A stretch of DNA of 32,000 nucleotides from Candidatus Nanosynbacter lyticus (GTDB taxonomy: Bacteria > Patescibacteriota > Saccharimonadia > Saccharimonadales > Saccharimonadaceae). This document shows positions 29,508 through 32,000 of the stretch, piece by piece (within the stretch, counting starts at the first letter, position 1; each line of letters opens with the position of its first letter). Location of the stretch: the NCBI RefSeq assembly GCF_000803625.1, contig NZ_CP007496.1:630001-662000 (forward strand), in the 5' to 3' direction. The notes under the pieces are model-generated. The model ran no database searches and was not told the DNA's origin. It worked only from the letters and a program-made list of their open reading frames with translations. Position numbers and translations under genes: made by a program.

Positions 29508-29997
29508 ACAATCTGTACTAATAGACACTAGCTTTCTTATTACTCTTTTTGACAACTCGCGCCCTAATCATGAGGTAGCTAAGAAATATTATAAGTATTT
29601 CATTGATAATAATATAGATATGTATCTCTCTGCTATTGTTGCATCAGAGTATGAGTACAAAGACTCAATCGATCCTATACTAGATACTGGCAATTTTATA
29701 CCTCTTCCCTTTAATCTTGATGACTCAAAGCTAGCCGGTAGTTTCGCCAGCAGGCTGCATTCAGAATCTAGAGGCAAGCATACATCGCGAGATTCAGCAA
29801 AGGACGACGTAAAGTTACTTGCTCAATGTTCAAACCACAGTATAGATTTTGTTGCCACCGACGACACCTCGACCATGGCAAAATATTGTCGACGACTCAA
29901 TACTATGGATGAGTCGCGAACAAAAGTAATTACACTAGACTGTTTCGATGTAAGTGATTTTAACGGTGGTCAGACCGAGCTAGATATAAACTTTTAA
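29491..29997 (+). CDS. PIN-domain-like putative ribonuclease
   Basis: VLIDTSFLITLFD near the N-terminus, internal ASEYEYKD and SAKDDVKLLAQC, then DFVATDDTSTMAKYC; acidic residues are spaced as in PIN domains. Confidence 0.75.
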   Translation: MLRQPRQSVLIDTSFLITLFDNSRPNHEVAKKYYKYFIDNNIDMYLSAIVASEYEYKDSIDPILDTGNFIPLPFNLDDSKLAGSFASRLHSESRGKHTSRDSAKDDVKLLAQCSNHSIDFVATDDTSTMAKYCRRLNTMDESRTKVITLDCFDVSDFNGGQTELDINF

Positions 29998-30005
29998 TAA
30001 CTATC

Positions 30006-31559
30006 CTAACTCGGTATATCTCTAAACAAATCAACCTCCTGGCGATCAATAGATATTTTATTCGTCTCCCTGATGCCTTGTAGTATATCGACGTCAACTA
30101 TACTTGTGTCTCTAACTGTTTTCATTATGTCGTCCTTTAGCCAATCAATACACCAGATAATAGAATTATCAATATATGCTCTTTCACTGACTGACCGGGT
30201 TAATAATTCATTAAATTGCAAGTCCGGATCAATAGAGTAAGATACTCGCTGCAACCAAATATCTAATAAGCCAGTGTTAGGTATAATCTTGAACTTATCA
30301 AGAATTTTTTGAACAAGGAGTCCCCTCCTTGACTCACCCGCCCCACGGATAGTTAGACTCGCAACCGCCATCGCCATATTGTAGTATTTAGGGTTTTTAA
30401 TTGCCATATTAACTACAATACTCAGCATAACTTCTGGTTTTTCATAATGACGTAAGCTTTTTCCTTGATCTAAGTAATCAAGAAGTTCCTCGTGAAACAT
30501 ATTTAGCTGGCGAGACACCATACCTGAATTAGGATATTTATAACTAGCTGCATAAATCTGCATTAACCATTTTGCAAAATTATCTTTTTCTTTCTTTATA
30601 TTCGGTATAAATAATTCTTCGATCTTATCCTTTTTAATAGAACTCAAGACTATATCGCTGCTCTTTTTGGTCTTCTGTGCATTTAATCTAAGACCAAGTA
30701 TTGCTAAAATTTCAGTTAACTCTTTCAGTATACGAGCTCCTAGATCTAGCCTATTGGTAAAAATTCGATAGTCATCCCTGTAGCGAACAATGGAATATTC
30801 TCTTTTATCAATATCTTTTATAGCTTGAGCTAAAAGATTATCAGCATATGCAAAGATAAGCTCAGCAATAAAATCAGAAAGAGTGTTTCCCTGAGGTATC
30901 CCATTTGTTTGTCGATGATTCATCATCTGAAAATGCTCATCAATTTTACCTCCCAAAGATTTTTTATCACGGTTAGCATAAGCCTCGTCTTTACCATGAA
31001 GAGCCCATGAAATAGAATGCGTATATATTGATCCATAACAGTTTGCAACATCAGTTTCTAAGACATATCGAAACTCAAGACCTTTAGCCGCACAGTTTTG
31101 CTCAAATTTCTCCCACCAAGCACGTATTTGCTCCGCTTTCGCGCTTTTCTTTTTTGAGGGTTGCACTGGAATACTAGCAACTTCAATATTACAACCCCTC
31201 CTTAACTCAGAAAATCGCTTTTTTATAACACTCCAATTATCCTCTTTAGTGATATAATGCACTAACCCTACATAAAGAACCGGATTTATTATCTCAAATG
31301 GCCTCCAGGCTAGTTCACCGTCTTTGTTGCCGTAAATCACTTTATTTACATCATGTCTATCTCGTGGGTCTTTCTTCTTACGGCCACCATCCTCTGGATC
31401 AAAAAAATAATTAACATCATAACCGCCCATCTTACTTGACACAGCTTGAAGTATTGGATCAAAGTTAAAATATTCAGGCAAATCAAAGTTTACATAACTT
31501 TTACCGTCCAGCAAAAAAGCACGAGCTTGCTTATGATCAAGTTCTAATATATTAGCCAT
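30006..31559 (-). CDS. Reverse transcriptase, possible DRT/UG-type defence RT
   Basis: RT motifs: YVLETDVANCYGSI (A), NGIPQGNTLSDFIAELIF (B), SIVRYRDDYRIF (C, catalytic DD), LGLRLNAQKTKKS (D), then a long probably helical C-terminal region. No maturase or endonuclease domain recognised. Confidence 0.85.
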   Translation of the reverse strand: MANILELDHKQARAFLLDGKSYVNFDLPEYFNFDPILQAVSSKMGGYDVNYFFDPEDGGRKKKDPRDRHDVNKVIYGNKDGELAWRPFEIINPVLYVGLVHYITKEDNWSVIKKRFSELRRGCNIEVASIPVQPSKKKSAKAEQIRAWWEKFEQNCAAKGLEFRYVLETDVANCYGSIYTHSISWALHGKDEAYANRDKKSLGGKIDEHFQMMNHRQTNGIPQGNTLSDFIAELIFAYADNLLAQAIKDIDKREYSIVRYRDDYRIFTNRLDLGARILKELTEILAILGLRLNAQKTKKSSDIVLSSIKKDKIEELFIPNIKKEKDNFAKWLMQIYAASYKYPNSGMVSRQLNMFHEELLDYLDQGKSLRHYEKPEVMLSIVVNMAIKNPKYYNMAMAVASLTIRGAGESRRGLLVQKILDKFKIIPNTGLLDIWLQRVSYSIDPDLQFNELLTRSVSERAYIDNSIIWCIDWLKDDIMKTVRDTSIVDVDILQGIRETNKISIDRQEVDLFRDIPS

Positions 31560-32000
31560 TATATCTTAATCTCTCCGGAAATTAATTTTGGTAAAAGCAA
31601 ATCACGAATTTTGGACAAATAATCTATTTGCTTCTTGTTTTCATGTATCATATCAAACAATGGTCGCACCATCTGCTCGAAATCATCAAACTCGCAATCT
31701 GATAAATCAACAATTTCCAAAAGCTCTATGTGCTTTGGATAAATATGCGGCTGACCAGAGCCAGTTTGCATATCGTATATCTCTTTTTGCTTGTTCTTGA
31801 GGAATAAATAGTAGGTATAAACATATTTGGTAATTGTTGAGTCAATGTACGAAGAGTCTGCCGACCATACTGGTTCACCCCAAACAGACACAAAACCAGC
31901 ATTTGCTCCGGATGCACTTATCGTGATAACTGGCGCGGTCGTATTTGCTTCATTGTGAAATCCGGCTGGCTTCAGTCCACCGCTAATAACCGGTGTGTCA
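31559..32000 (-). CDS. hsdS: Type I restriction enzyme S subunit, C-terminal part, 5' truncated by window edge
   Basis: Manual reading to the edge: DTPVISGGLKPAGFHNEANTTAPVITISASGANAGFVSVWGEPVWSADSSYID...LLLPKLISGEIKI*, a TRD plus C-terminal coiled-coil typical of HsdS. Confidence 0.9.
   Translation of the reverse strand, partial: DTPVISGGLKPAGFHNEANTTAPVITISASGANAGFVSVWGEPVWSADSSYIDSTITKYVYTYYLFLKNKQKEIYDMQTGSGQPHIYPKHIELLEIVDLSDCEFDDFEQMVRPLFDMIHENKKQIDYLSKIRDLLLPKLISGEIKI

Noticed and set aside
28695-29997. The unknown/PIN pair as a recent insertion that broke hsdR or the RT.
   Set aside because: Both flanking genes are full length with sensible starts and stops, and no target-site duplication or terminal inverted repeats were found by eye.
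28616-31561. RT locus as a retron or group II intron.
   Set aside because: The RT is fused by codon overlap to hsdS with no room for an upstream msr/msd. I saw no maturase/HNH domain and no intron domain V-like structure; still, no covariance search could be run.
28616-31561. RT locus as a diversity-generating retroelement.
   Set aside because: I could not see a template/variable repeat pair near the RT or in the hsdS fragment. The full hsdS and upstream region lie outside the window, so this is not excluded absolutely.
1-32000. CRISPR array or rRNA genes.
   Set aside because: No regularly spaced direct repeats, Cas motifs or rRNA-like sequence were seen in the intergenic regions, which are almost all under 120 bp.

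Overview
This 32 kb window comes from a compact bacterial genome. Gene content and style suggest a Saccharibacteria/CPR-like organism, but that is inference with no database check. Left to right: two tandem CorA-family transporters; a minus-strand arginine deiminase cluster (arcA-arcB-arcD-like-arcC); a TylF-like methyltransferase; a GEIHG-motif protein; a two-gene ABC exporter; tRNA-Pro(CGG) and a NUDIX hydrolase; a polar amino-acid ABC importer; an LtaS/MdoB-like sulfatase; galE; a CIRCE-controlled ClpB lacking its N-domain; a membrane protein plus DsbA-like pair; a thioredoxin-like gene interrupted by an in-frame TAA just before its CPWC motif; an ABC-2 exporter; a polysaccharide deacetylase; a YggU-family protein; and a type I restriction-modification locus. 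The best candidate for an undescribed system is at 28.6-31.6 kb. A reverse transcriptase gene is translationally coupled to hsdS (TAATG overlap). An oppositely oriented, overlapping two-gene unit (unknown 264-aa protein + PIN-like protein) sits between the RT and hsdR. A second notable pattern is the repeated placement of TATAAT-like -10 boxes only 6 or 9 nt upstream of start codons, which suggests widespread leaderless or near-leaderless transcripts.
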